Shown here: positions 33,059 to 42,395 of the stretch, piece after piece
Numbering within the stretch: position 1 is the first letter of the stretch
Layout of the letters: each line of letters begins with the position of its first letter
Source: Candidatus Eiseniibacteriota bacterium
Lineage (GTDB): Bacteria; Eisenbacteria; RBG-16-71-46; JABDJR01
Assembly (NCBI GenBank): GCA_963762255.1
Contig: CAVXKA010000002.1
Coordinates: 1,344,001-1,408,000 of the forward strand
Direction of reading: 5' to 3'
DNA length: 64,000 nt
Notes under the pieces: generated by a model
What the model saw: only the letters and a program-made list of their open reading frames with translations
Told to the model about the DNA's origin: nothing
The model's database searches: none
Made by a program: the position numbers and the translations under genes

Positions 33059-34318
33059 ATGAGATGCCTTCTTCATCACGGCGTTCGGCACACAGTGTTT
33101 GCGACCTTCAAGAATCGCCCTTACTTGGCTCTTCTAGTCGCCGGGTTGGCAATTCATTTGCTGTCTATCCCCCTACTCCGACTCGACCCGCTGGGGGGCG
33201 ACGCTGCCCAGTTCAACAATGAAGCCAACAACATTCTCGACGGCGTGGGGTGGATAAACACCGAAGGCCCGGGACAAGCAACGATGACCTATCCGGCCCA
33301 GGTCGTGTTTCTCCTTGTATGCAAGACCCTCTTCGGCAGAGACGCCTACGTCTTTCCGGTGATCTTACAACACCTCTTCGTGCTCCTCACGGGCTTGACG
33401 GTGTATCGACTCGCGCTGGGCGCGCGGATGCCCAAGACCGTCGCGCTCTTGGCCGAGGGGGTCGTCGTTTTCTTTCCTCACATGTTGTATTGGGCGAACG
33501 TGCTCATCTCACACACTTTGGGAATGTTCCTGAGCGTACTCGGCGTCTTCCTGCTGATGAAGAGGCCAACGCGGATCTTGGCGTATGCGGGGATTGGTCT
33601 CGTGTGGGGAGCGGCGACGATGGCCCGGTTTTCTTACCAATACTTCGTTCCGCTGTGGATAGCCACGATGATCGTCGGCGAGCTTCTCGTCAGAAAGCGG
33701 TTGTCTCGGAACAACCTGCTGAGAAGTGCGCTTCTACTGGTCGGATTTCTCGTCGTGCTCACCCCATGGAACTACAGAGTGCACAAGTACGAGGGAGGAA
33801 CGTCCGGGTACACCGAAGCCTGGCGAATCTGCTATTCCTTCAACCGGCCGCCGGGTCTCCGCGGCGACATACAGGATGATTTCCAGATCTCTCTGATGAA
33901 GGACAGCACGCTGACGCGTGCTGACAGGGAGGCGATCTACAGGGAGAAAGTGCTTCAGAACCTCCGAGAGCATCCCAAGTGGTTCATCAACAACTGGCTC
34001 AGCAATCTCAGTTGGCTCCTGGTCAATGTGTCTACGCAGGGGCGGCCTCACTATGCGGTCTACGCGGCCATTTATTACAGCATGCTTCTCACGCTGGCGC
34101 TCGCCGGGCTGCTATCGCTTACTAGGTCTCAGCACGCTCACTTCCTGCCGGCATATGTTTTCGCCGTGGAGCTGTTTGCTGTGCACGTCCCGATCTACGG
34201 CTACCTTGCTAATTCGTTTCCCGTGTGGGCGCTCTTCGCGCCGATCGTCGCCACAGGGGCGACTATTTCTTTCCGCGCCGCTTCGGAGCAAAGAAGAGGC
34301 TTGAATGGAGTCGATTGA
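33059..34318 (+). CDS. GT-C fold integral membrane glycosyltransferase
   Basis: Multi-TM protein; DAAQF...A.NIL.G.G first loop, YP and PWNYR motifs; AT-richer codons; start uncertain (33035, 33059 or 33095). Confidence 0.7.
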   Translation: MRCLLHHGVRHTVFATFKNRPYLALLVAGLAIHLLSIPLLRLDPLGGDAAQFNNEANNILDGVGWINTEGPGQATMTYPAQVVFLLVCKTLFGRDAYVFPVILQHLFVLLTGLTVYRLALGARMPKTVALLAEGVVVFFPHMLYWANVLISHTLGMFLSVLGVFLLMKRPTRILAYAGIGLVWGAATMARFSYQYFVPLWIATMIVGELLVRKRLSRNNLLRSALLLVGFLVVLTPWNYRVHKYEGGTSGYTEAWRICYSFNRPPGLRGDIQDDFQISLMKDSTLTRADREAIYREKVLQNLREHPKWFINNWLSNLSWLLVNVSTQGRPHYAVYAAIYYSMLLTLALAGLLSLTRSQHAHFLPAYVFAVELFAVHVPIYGYLANSFPVWALFAPIVATGATISFRAASEQRRGLNGVD

Positions 34319-35294
34319 CCACGCCCGGTCACGCATCGCCGTGGTGATTCCCTGCTACCGCGTGAAGGACAAAGTCCTGGGAGTCATCGAGGCGATCGGC
34401 CCCGAGATCGACTCCATCATTTGCGTTGACGACGCCTGTCCGGAGGAGTCCGGGGCTTTCATCAGCGAACAAACCACCGATCCGAGAGTGATTGTCCTTC
34501 AACATGAGAAGAACCAGGGCGTCGGCGGAGCGACCCTCACCGGCTACGCCTACGCCCTTTCGCTAGACATGGAGATCGTCGTCAAAGTCGACGGCGACGG
34601 CCAGATGGACCCCGCACTGGTTCCCTTTTTCGTGGATCCGATCGTCAGAGGGGAAGCCGACTACACCAAGGGCAACCGCTTCACTCGCCCGGAGGATCTC
34701 GAAGGGATGCCCCGGATCCGGCTGTTGGGCAATTCCCTCCTTTCGTTCATGGCGAAGCTCTCGACGGGATACTGGAGGCACCTGGATCCGACAAACGGCT
34801 ACACGGCCGTGCACGCGTCGATACTGAGCAGGCTCCCGCTCAACCGACTGAGCAAGAGCTACTTCTTCGAAACGGACATGCTGTTCCAGTTGCGGATCAT
34901 CGATGCGTGTGTTTGGGACATCCCCATGGCCGCCCGTTATGCGGACGAGAAGAGCAGTCTGAAATGGTTCAAAGTGGCTCCTCTTTTCCTGAGAAGACAC
35001 ATACGAAACTGTCTGGTCAGGATCTTCTACCTCTATGTCTTGCGCGATTTCAACCTGGCGACGCTGCAGTTGGTGACGGGAGTCCCGTTGCTCCTCTTCG
35101 GAGTGATCTTTGGACTGGTGAGGTGGCACCAAAGCAGCGCGACCGGCTTGGCCGCCTCGGCCGGGTCGGTCATGCTCGCCGCCTTGCCCGTGTTGGTGGG
35201 CATACAGCTGATATTGAGCTTCCTCAGCTACGATATGAGCAGCGCACCGACACATCCGATCAGCAGGTTGGTTCCAAGGAACTCGCCGAAGTAG
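34305..35294 (+). CDS. GT2 polyprenol-phosphate glycosyltransferase (DPM1/GtrB-like) with two C-terminal TMs
   Basis: VVIPCY, VDDAC, NQGVGGA, VKVDGDGQMDP, KGNRF, DPTNGY and FFETDML motifs. Confidence 0.9.
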   Translation: MESIDHARSRIAVVIPCYRVKDKVLGVIEAIGPEIDSIICVDDACPEESGAFISEQTTDPRVIVLQHEKNQGVGGATLTGYAYALSLDMEIVVKVDGDGQMDPALVPFFVDPIVRGEADYTKGNRFTRPEDLEGMPRIRLLGNSLLSFMAKLSTGYWRHLDPTNGYTAVHASILSRLPLNRLSKSYFFETDMLFQLRIIDACVWDIPMAARYADEKSSLKWFKVAPLFLRRHIRNCLVRIFYLYVLRDFNLATLQLVTGVPLLLFGVIFGLVRWHQSSATGLAASAGSVMLAALPVLVGIQLILSFLSYDMSSAPTHPISRLVPRNSPK

Positions 35295-35542
35295 CAGCTT
35301 CGGCGCGCCATGGGCAGGGCGGCCTGGTTGGCGAGCCGGCGCGCAGCTCGGTCCGCGCAGCGCCCCCGGCCGTCCGCCCAGGGGCCTCCGAATTGCGAGA
35401 CGGCATCGAGGGGACCCCGCGAGGAGGATCCGGTCGCCCTGCTCCATGATGCGACAGGCGCCAGGGATGGATGATCCAACGCACGGTTGTAGGTATGGAG
35501 CGTGGGCGCCTCCGACAGATCCGTGGCGAGGATGAGGTCAGC

Positions 35543-36240
35543 CCGAACATCACGAACTCGCGCAGGCTCCGACTCCGCTCCGGCCGAACGCCCTGCCTGT
35601 TGCGTCACGCGATCATCCCCCCCGGTGGCCGACTGCAGTCGCCGGAGGGGATGATACGCGAACTCCGCCCGAGCGGTCCTACGCGCTGAGGATCGCCTCA
35701 GCCTCCTTCTTGTCCACGTCCAGGATGTACTCGATCCCGGAGATCCGCGCCGCGTCCTGGGTGAGGGCGGCAAGGTCCCCGCGGTCGATGTACTGGCACG
35801 CGAACTTCCGGCTCCCCGCCATGAGCTGGCGCAGCCCCTGGGCCAACCGCTCGTAGTACGTGTACAGGCCGATAGCGCCGGTCGGCAACCGCTCGAACTC
35901 CGCGTCGCCCAGTTCACGACGCAGATCGGCGGCGGTGACGAAGATCTCGTCCTTGGTGGTCCCGAAGCGCTCTACGTAGACCGGGATCACCCCCTGGTCG
36001 ATGGTCCGGCCGATCGTCTTGCCCACCATGACCGCGGCGATGGGGCCGCGAGCCATGCCGACCAGCTTCACGAACGGCGCCCCCATGGCGAGACCCTTGA
36101 AGATCTGATCCTCGAAGGTGAACCCCCCCGCCACCGCCAGCGGCGGAACGTACTGCTTGCGGTCGGCGAGCTGCTTGGCGTAGCCGTAGAGGAGCGAGTG
36201 CAGCTCGACCGGCGGCACCCCCCACTCGTTCATCATCCGC
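35543..36240. repeat. Direct repeat copy 2 (~698 bp), with a decayed gtrA 5' remnant at ~35543-35608
   Basis: Matches 32202-32898; the remnant reads ...SLREFVMFGL versus GLREFVKFGL in the intact gene and carries a 1-nt indel. Confidence 0.95.
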
Positions 36241-37262
36241 CACGGGCTCATCCCGGTGCCGCCGCCGGCGCCGTCCACCGTGAGCAGGTCGATCTTGTAC
36301 TTGGAGGACCACTTGATGGCGCGGGCCAGGTCCGCGGGCCGGTACGCGCCGGTCTTCAAGAACACGTACTTGGCGCCGGCCTTGCGCAGCTCCGCAACCC
36401 GGGTGGCGAATCCCTCTTCGTCCACCATCCCGACGCGCGAGTGACGCTCGAACTCGGTGAACGCGCCGTGCTCGTAGGCCTGGATCACGTGCGGATCGGT
36501 CGGGTTGGGGAGCACGATGTAGCCGCGCTTGTGGAGGAGTTGGGCCTTGGCGAGATCCCGGATCTTCACCTCGCCCCCGATGTCCTTCGCCCCCTGGCCC
36601 CACTTCAGCTCCACCACCTCGACGCCGAGCTTCTCGATGGCGTACTCCTGCGCGCCGAGCCGCGTGTCCTCGACGTTGGCCTGCACCACGATCGCACCGT
36701 ACCCGTCGCGCTGGTTCTCCTTGTACAGCCGGACGCGGTTCTTGAGATCCACCGTGTCGACAACGCGACCGTCCTTGATCTTCGCCTCCGGGTCCATGCC
36801 CACCACGTTCTCGCCGATGGTCAGACCCGTGCCGGCGAGGGCGGAGCCGATGGCGATGCCGTCCCAGTTGTTCTTGGCCACGTTGGTGGAGCCGATCCCG
36901 GGGATGATCCACGGGAGGCGGAACTTGATGCCCCGGTCGTGGCCGATCACGACCTCCAGGTTGACCTTCGGGAAGATCGCCTTGTCGGAATCCGCTGGAA
37001 TTCCGTGGGCGCCGACGGCGGTGCCCATGATGTTGAAGTGGGAGTAGTCGACCGGATAGTCCTTCTCCGCCGCGGTCGTGATCACACCGAACGGCTGCGG
37101 GTAGATGACCTCGTGGCCGCGGTACGCGGACTTGCCGATCTCGCACATGCCGACGCAGCCGTCCACGCAAGTCACGCACATCCCCGAGGCGGGGACGATC
37201 GACGCTTCGGTGCGGTTCTTGGTGAGGGTTGCCGCCGATGAGTTGGTTCTGGACAGGGACAT
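35679..37262 (-). CDS. FMN-binding glutamate synthase family protein (stand-alone FMN domain)
   Basis: ELKWGQGAKDIGGE, FLKTG, TVDGAGGGTGMSP, AVAGG and VGMAR motifs; N-terminal CxxCxxxCxxxC; GGAGG RBS. Confidence 0.88.
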   Translation of the reverse strand: MSLSRTNSSAATLTKNRTEASIVPASGMCVTCVDGCVGMCEIGKSAYRGHEVIYPQPFGVITTAAEKDYPVDYSHFNIMGTAVGAHGIPADSDKAIFPKVNLEVVIGHDRGIKFRLPWIIPGIGSTNVAKNNWDGIAIGSALAGTGLTIGENVVGMDPEAKIKDGRVVDTVDLKNRVRLYKENQRDGYGAIVVQANVEDTRLGAQEYAIEKLGVEVVELKWGQGAKDIGGEVKIRDLAKAQLLHKRGYIVLPNPTDPHVIQAYEHGAFTEFERHSRVGMVDEEGFATRVAELRKAGAKYVFLKTGAYRPADLARAIKWSSKYKIDLLTVDGAGGGTGMSPWRMMNEWGVPPVELHSLLYGYAKQLADRKQYVPPLAVAGGFTFEDQIFKGLAMGAPFVKLVGMARGPIAAVMVGKTIGRTIDQGVIPVYVERFGTTKDEIFVTAADLRRELGDAEFERLPTGAIGLYTYYERLAQGLRQLMAGSRKFACQYIDRGDLAALTQDAARISGIEYILDVDKKEAEAILSA

Positions 37263-37272
37263 GGTGTCCTCC

Positions 37273-37947
37273 TTAGCGCTTTGTCTCGCAGGCCACGCAG
37301 GGTTTCATATAGCACATCATGTCGTCGAACTGCTCCTTCTCGAGGCAGGGCGGCGACAGGTTGGCGCAACCGCCACAGATCGCTTTGTCGGGTTCGCTGT
37401 AGGTGCAGCGCAATTGACAGGCGGGGCAGACGTAGATGCAGGCGCCGCACTGGCGGCACACCTCCGAGTGCTTATCGAACGGAGTGCCGACCCGTCGGTG
37501 CTCGCCGCGACCGGCGAAACCGATGGCCCCCGCCGCCATCTGCTCCGAGCACATGCGCACGCAGAGCCCGCACAGGATGCAGTCGTCGTGCTCCTGGCGG
37601 AAGCGCTGCTGGCGGACATTGTGCTCGGACGCCAGATCCTGGATCACCTTTGACTGGGGACAGGAAGCCAGCAGCAGCTCGAGGATCATCTTGCGCGCCT
37701 GCACCACCCGAGCCGACGCGGTGCGCACCTTCAAGCCCTCCTCGACCGGGTAGGTGCAGGAGGTGACCAGCTTCGACTTGGGACCCTCGCCGATTTCCAC
37801 CACGCAGAGCCGGCAGGCGCCGTACGGCGTGAGCCCCTCCATGTGGCAGAGCGTGGGGATCGGGAAGCCCAGGAACTGGGCCGCCTCGAGCACGGTGGTG
37901 CCGCGCTCGACCGTGGTTTCCAGCCCGTTCACGGTGATCTTCATCAT
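37273..37947 (-). CDS. NuoG-N/HoxU-like iron-sulfur subunit
   Basis: IPTLC, GACRLCVVE and TSC ([2Fe-2S]); CILCGLCVRMC and CRQCGACIYVCP (2x[4Fe-4S]); extra C-terminal Cys cluster; ATGA overlap with the upstream gene. Confidence 0.88.
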   Translation of the reverse strand: MMKITVNGLETTVERGTTVLEAAQFLGFPIPTLCHMEGLTPYGACRLCVVEIGEGPKSKLVTSCTYPVEEGLKVRTASARVVQARKMILELLLASCPQSKVIQDLASEHNVRQQRFRQEHDDCILCGLCVRMCSEQMAAGAIGFAGRGEHRRVGTPFDKHSEVCRQCGACIYVCPACQLRCTYSEPDKAICGGCANLSPPCLEKEQFDDMMCYMKPCVACETKR

Positions 37948-40900
37948 TTCCGCTCCCCCTTGCCGGCGCCGATCAGCTCCGGTTGCTCGCGCGTGCGCTC
38001 GGTGAAGGTGAGATCGCAGCGCAGGCAGCGCCGCGCCTCGCGGGCGGCTTCGTGAACCGAGAGCACCTTCTCCACTTCGTCGAAGTTGCGCCGGCGCGCC
38101 TGGGTAGAGAGCCGCGGCGTCTCGACACGGTCGCCGTCGGCCGGCTCGCCCGTGACCGGCGTCGCCGGCTCCACGTAGACATCGGGCAGGCGCACCCCCG
38201 AGGGCTGCTTGAGCGGCTCGCCCCGCAGGTGGCGTTCGATCATCACCGCCGCCCGTTTGCCGGCGGCGATGGCGTCGACCACCGTGTTGGGTCCGGTCAC
38301 GACGTCTCCGCCCGCGAAGACCCCCGGCCTGTTGGTGAGCAGCGTCTCGCGGTCCACCTGGACCGTGCCCTGGCGCGTGGTTTCGATCCGATTGGCGCCG
38401 GCCACCGAGATGCAGTCGGTGTCCGAGCCCTCGCTGATCGCCACGATCAGGGTGTCGAGGGGTACGGTGCGCTCGCTGCCCGCCACCGGAACCGGCGCAC
38501 GACGGCCGCCGGCGTCGATCTCGCCCAACCGATTCGTGATGCACTCGATGCCGGTGAGGCGCCCGCCCTGCGTGAGGATGCGCACCGGCGCGGTGAGGGC
38601 CTCGATGCGCACCCCCTCCTCCTGAGCGGCCTCGATCTCCTCCGCGAACGCGGGCATCTCGTTCATGCTGCGGCGGTAGTAGATCGTCACCTCGGTGACG
38701 TCCTTCTGACGGAGCGCCATGCGCGCCGCGTCCACCGCCGAGTTCCCGCCTCCGACCACACCCACGCGCCCGCGCGCCAGTTCCTCGCCCCCCATGTTGA
38801 ACGCCTTGAGGAAGCGGATGGATGGAAGGACGCCCTGTGCGTCTTCGTTGGGCAGACCGAGCGCGAGACTCTTGTGAGCGCCGAGCGCGATGAAGACCGC
38901 CTGGAACCCGGAGGTGAACAGATCGTCCAGGGTCACGTCGCGTCCGAGCGTGGTGTTGCACTTGACGGTGATGTTCTCGTCCAGGATCGAGGCGATTTCC
39001 TTCCGCACCACCTCGCGCGGAAGCCGGTAGCCGGGGATAGCGCTGAAGAGCATGCCGCCGGGCTCCGGATCGGACTCGAACACCGTCACCTTGTGACCGC
39101 TCAGCGAGAGATAGTGCGCGGCGGAGAGCCCCGCTGGGCCGGCCCCCACCACGGCCACTCGCGGCGACTTCTCGTCGGCCTTCACCCGCCGCACGGGCTT
39201 GTAGGTCATGGGATCGCTGCGGTCGGTGATGAATCGCTTGAGCGCTCGGATGGCCACCGGATGCGCGCCCGAGAGCCCCGCTCGGCAGTGCTCCTCGCAG
39301 GGATGATTGCAGACGCGCGCGCATACCGAAGGGAACGGATTCGCCTCGCGGATCGTCTGGTAGGCCAGGTCGTACTCGCCGCGGGCGATGTGCGCGACGT
39401 AGCGCCAGGCCTCGGTCCCGATAGGGCAGGCGGCCTGGCAGGGCGCGCCCACCAACTCGTTGCACACGAGCGCATCGCACCGCTTGGCGATGATGTGTCG
39501 CTCGTACTCCTCGCGGAAGTAGCGCAGTGTGGAGAGCACCGGGTTAGCGGCGGTCTGTCCGAGGCCGCACATCGTGGTGTCCTTCACCACCTGGGCCAAC
39601 TCCTCGAGCAGATCGAGTTGGTCCAGCGAGCCGCGGCCGCTCGTGATGTCGTCCAGAATCTCCCACATCCGCTGCGTGCCCTTGCGGCAGGTGAAGCACT
39701 TGCCGCACGACTCGTCCTTGAGGAAGTTCATGAAGTACTTGGCGACGTCGACCATGCAGGTGTTCTGGTCCATCACGATCATGCCGCCCGAGCCCATGAT
39801 GGAGCCGGCCTCGGCGAGGCTGTCGTAACCGACGCGCAGGTCGAATCGCGCGGCGGGGATGCAACCCCCCGAGGGCCCGCCGGTCTGGACCGCCTTGACG
39901 CGTCCGCCGCCCGGGGGACCTTCGCCGATGCCGTTGACGATCTCGGCCAGCGTGACCCCCATCGGCACCTCGACCAGACCGGTGTTCTTCACCTTGCCCA
40001 CCAGGCTGAAGATCTTGGTGCCGGAATTGTTCGTGGAGCCGGTGCGTGCGAACGCGGCGCCCCCATCCGCGAGCACCAGCGGCACGTTGGCCCAGGTCTC
40101 GACGTTGTTGATCGCGGTGGGCTTGCCGTCGATGCCGCGCTGCACCGGGAACGGGGGCCGCTGACGCGGCTCGCCCATCTTCCCCTCGATGGAGCGGATG
40201 AGCGCGGTTTCCTCGCCGCACACGAACGCGCCCGCTCCCCTCACGAGTTGAATATCGAAGCTGAAGCCGGTGCCGAGGATGTCCTTGCCCAGAAGCCCCA
40301 GATCGCGCGCCTGGCGGAGCGCGATGACGAGGTGCTTGATCGCGAGCGGGTACTCGTTGCGGACGTAGATCACGCCCTCGGTGGCGCCGGTGGCGAACGC
40401 GCCGATCAGCATCCCCTCGATGATGGCGTGGGGATTGCCCTCCAGCACGGCGCGATCCATGTAGGCACCGGGGTCACCTTCATCGGCGTTGCAGACCAGG
40501 ATCTTGCCTTTGCCGTTGGGGGCCTCGGCGAGCATCTCCCACTTGCGCCCGGTCGGGAATCCCGCCCCGCCTCGCCCGCGCAGCCCGGAGGTCTTGATCT
40601 CCCCGAGAACCCATTCGCGATCGCCTCCCTCGAGCGCGTCGATCAGCGGGCCATACCCCCCCGACCTGATCGTGCTGGCGATGCGGATCGGATCCACCTG
40701 CTCGCTGCGGGAAAGGATCGTGCGCGTCTGGCGCTGGAAGAAGGGGAGTTCCTCCTGGCGCCGCACCGGCTCGCCGGTCTGAGGATGGCGAGGCAGCAGT
40801 GCCTCGATCACTTCGCCGGCCGCCACCGCGGCGACGATGGCCGCCATGTCTCCGATGCGCACTTTGGGGTAGAACGTGCGATGCGGCTCGATCAGCACCG

Positions 40901-41129
40901 ACGGTTCCATCTCGCAGAAGCCGTGGCAGCCGGTGATGCGCAGTCGGACGTGATCGGTCAGCCCCTTGGCGAGCATCTCCCGCTTCGTCACGCGGATCAG
41001 ATCGTTGGCCCCGCTCGCCTGACCGCAGGTGCCGGCGGAGATCACGATCACCGGCTGCTTGGGGTCGATCGCTTGCCGCAGCCGCTGGCGGAAGGCCTTG
41101 AATTCGTTGACGGATCCCAGTCTCTCCAT
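37944..41129 (-). CDS. NuoF/HydB-like flavoprotein fused to a GltD/NfnB-like FAD oxidoreductase
   Basis: GLRGRGGAGFP, NADEGDPGAYMDR, GAFVCGEETAL and ESCGKCFTCR...CGLG, then PCQAACP, CARVCNHPCE, VGAGPAG, VGGGNSAVD, YRRS, GGD and EARRCLRC. Confidence 0.92.
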   Translation of the reverse strand: MERLGSVNEFKAFRQRLRQAIDPKQPVIVISAGTCGQASGANDLIRVTKREMLAKGLTDHVRLRITGCHGFCEMEPSVLIEPHRTFYPKVRIGDMAAIVAAVAAGEVIEALLPRHPQTGEPVRRQEELPFFQRQTRTILSRSEQVDPIRIASTIRSGGYGPLIDALEGGDREWVLGEIKTSGLRGRGGAGFPTGRKWEMLAEAPNGKGKILVCNADEGDPGAYMDRAVLEGNPHAIIEGMLIGAFATGATEGVIYVRNEYPLAIKHLVIALRQARDLGLLGKDILGTGFSFDIQLVRGAGAFVCGEETALIRSIEGKMGEPRQRPPFPVQRGIDGKPTAINNVETWANVPLVLADGGAAFARTGSTNNSGTKIFSLVGKVKNTGLVEVPMGVTLAEIVNGIGEGPPGGGRVKAVQTGGPSGGCIPAARFDLRVGYDSLAEAGSIMGSGGMIVMDQNTCMVDVAKYFMNFLKDESCGKCFTCRKGTQRMWEILDDITSGRGSLDQLDLLEELAQVVKDTTMCGLGQTAANPVLSTLRYFREEYERHIIAKRCDALVCNELVGAPCQAACPIGTEAWRYVAHIARGEYDLAYQTIREANPFPSVCARVCNHPCEEHCRAGLSGAHPVAIRALKRFITDRSDPMTYKPVRRVKADEKSPRVAVVGAGPAGLSAAHYLSLSGHKVTVFESDPEPGGMLFSAIPGYRLPREVVRKEIASILDENITVKCNTTLGRDVTLDDLFTSGFQAVFIALGAHKSLALGLPNEDAQGVLPSIRFLKAFNMGGEELARGRVGVVGGGNSAVDAARMALRQKDVTEVTIYYRRSMNEMPAFAEEIEAAQEEGVRIEALTAPVRILTQGGRLTGIECITNRLGEIDAGGRRAPVPVAGSERTVPLDTLIVAISEGSDTDCISVAGANRIETTRQGTVQVDRETLLTNRPGVFAGGDVVTGPNTVVDAIAAGKRAAVMIERHLRGEPLKQPSGVRLPDVYVEPATPVTGEPADGDRVETPRLSTQARRRNFDEVEKVLSVHEAAREARRCLRCDLTFTERTREQPELIGAGKGERK

Positions 41130-41190
41130 GAGCGTGTGCTCCCCGTCCCTCACCGCCGGTACCGGAGCCGGCGGCGAAGGTTCATGGTCG

Positions 41191-42033
41191 TCATGCGTTG
41201 ATACCGGTCAGGTCGAGCATGTGGCCGCGGCAGCCTCGCCGCGAACAGATCTGAACGACGCCCCCACCCCGCACGATCATCGGAACCGTGGGCGCTCCGC
41301 AGTCGCCGCAGTCGCCGGCGCCGGTGAGGTGCGCGTTGCAGTGCGGGCAGAAGAAATCGACGACGGAGTCGGGCGGTATCTCGTGCTCCGATCGGATGGT
41401 GTAGGAACCGTAGAGGGCGGACAGGAGCAGCGCTCCGTGCTTCTCCCCGAAGGAAATCGTCACCCGGATGGACGGGTGCTCGTCGATGAGTTGGGCCGCG
41501 TCCATCAGGTTGTGATTGCAGCGCGCGCAGCTCACCTCGACCGGGAAGATGCGGGCGTCGGTCTTCACGTCGACTCGGTCGAGCCCTCCCCTGGTCTGAT
41601 CGAGGATCCCCGCCACCGCTCCGGGGGTGACGTTGGAGAAGTAGTGGCCGTCGACCACGACGATCGGGCCCAGAGCGCACCCGCCCAGACAGTTCTGGGT
41701 CTCGTAGGTGATCTCGCGGTCCTCGGTGGTCTCGCCGACCGGCACATCGAGCTGCCGCCGCAGCTCCTCGTCGATGCGCGGCGCGCCGCGAACGTGGCAG
41801 GCGGTGCCCATGCAGCACGTGAGCAGATGCTTGCCGCGCGGCTTCAGGCTGAACCAGCGGTAGAAGGTCGCCACGCCGTAGATATCCACGAGGGATCGCC
41901 CGGTCTTTTCGGAGACCGCGCGCAGCGACTCCTCGGGAAGGTAGGAGTACTTGCCCTGGATCTCCTCCAGAATGGCGATCAGTTCGCCCCGTTCGCCACG
42001 ATGCCGGTCGATGATGGTGTCGATCTCGCTCAT
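41191..42033 (-). CDS. NuoE/HydC-like [2Fe-2S] subunit with a Cys-rich C-terminal extension
   Basis: GVATFY, CMGTACHVRG and CLGGCALGP motifs; extension with CARC, CPHC, CGDC and CSRRGC; own GAGG RBS. Confidence 0.88.
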   Translation of the reverse strand: MSEIDTIIDRHRGERGELIAILEEIQGKYSYLPEESLRAVSEKTGRSLVDIYGVATFYRWFSLKPRGKHLLTCCMGTACHVRGAPRIDEELRRQLDVPVGETTEDREITYETQNCLGGCALGPIVVVDGHYFSNVTPGAVAGILDQTRGGLDRVDVKTDARIFPVEVSCARCNHNLMDAAQLIDEHPSIRVTISFGEKHGALLLSALYGSYTIRSEHEIPPDSVVDFFCPHCNAHLTGAGDCGDCGAPTVPMIVRGGGVVQICSRRGCRGHMLDLTGINA

Positions 42034-42089
42034 GGTCCATGCCTCGCAGGTGGTGACTCTTGGGCCGGGATCGGAGCCGCTGCGTTCGC

Positions 42090-42261
42090 TCCAAGCGTAG
42101 GAGGCGCAATGCCAGACTCCCCCCTCGGGCCGGGGGAGGATGCAGCTTCGGCTCTTCTCGCACGAGCCGCACAGGTCTTGGTGCGGGAGGGTGCCCCCGC
42201 TCCGATCTGAGCGGGGACCGCCGGGCAGGGCAGCCTCGCGCGTGTCGTCGTCGCCGGCCAT
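42090..42261 (-). CDS. Small Cys-rich protein (or an N-terminal domain fused in frame to NuoE)
   Basis: ATG 42261 with an AGGAG RBS; LCGSC...SC.LPRPEGGVWHC..Y motif; no stop before nuoE as sequenced. Confidence 0.5.
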
Positions 42262-42380
42262 CAGTGACTCCTAGGAACACTGGCCGCAACGCCACGCGGG
42301 GCATGGGGGGGGACCCCGTGAGCGCCTGGGATCGGTTGTCGAAGTGGGGCGGTTCGCTCCACCTCGTGCCCCCTTCCTCC

Positions 42381-42395
42381 GCAAGGCCCATGCCA
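42381..42395 (-). promoter_or_regulatory. Sigma54 (-24/-12) promoter of the oxidoreductase/glutamate-synthase operon
   Basis: TGGCATGGGCCTTGC on the minus strand fits TGGCAY-N5-TTGC with exact GG-N10-GC spacing. Confidence 0.8.

Noticed and set aside
35295-35545. Possible universal-stress-protein remnant (LILATDLSE) on the minus strand
   Set aside because: A nine-residue resemblance with no start or continuation; cannot be supported.
32202-36240. The duplication as a prophage/IS att site or as a pure assembly repeat
   Set aside because: No recombinase or terminal inverted repeats, the repeat is far longer than an att core, and the copies differ by substitutions, an indel and a deletion.
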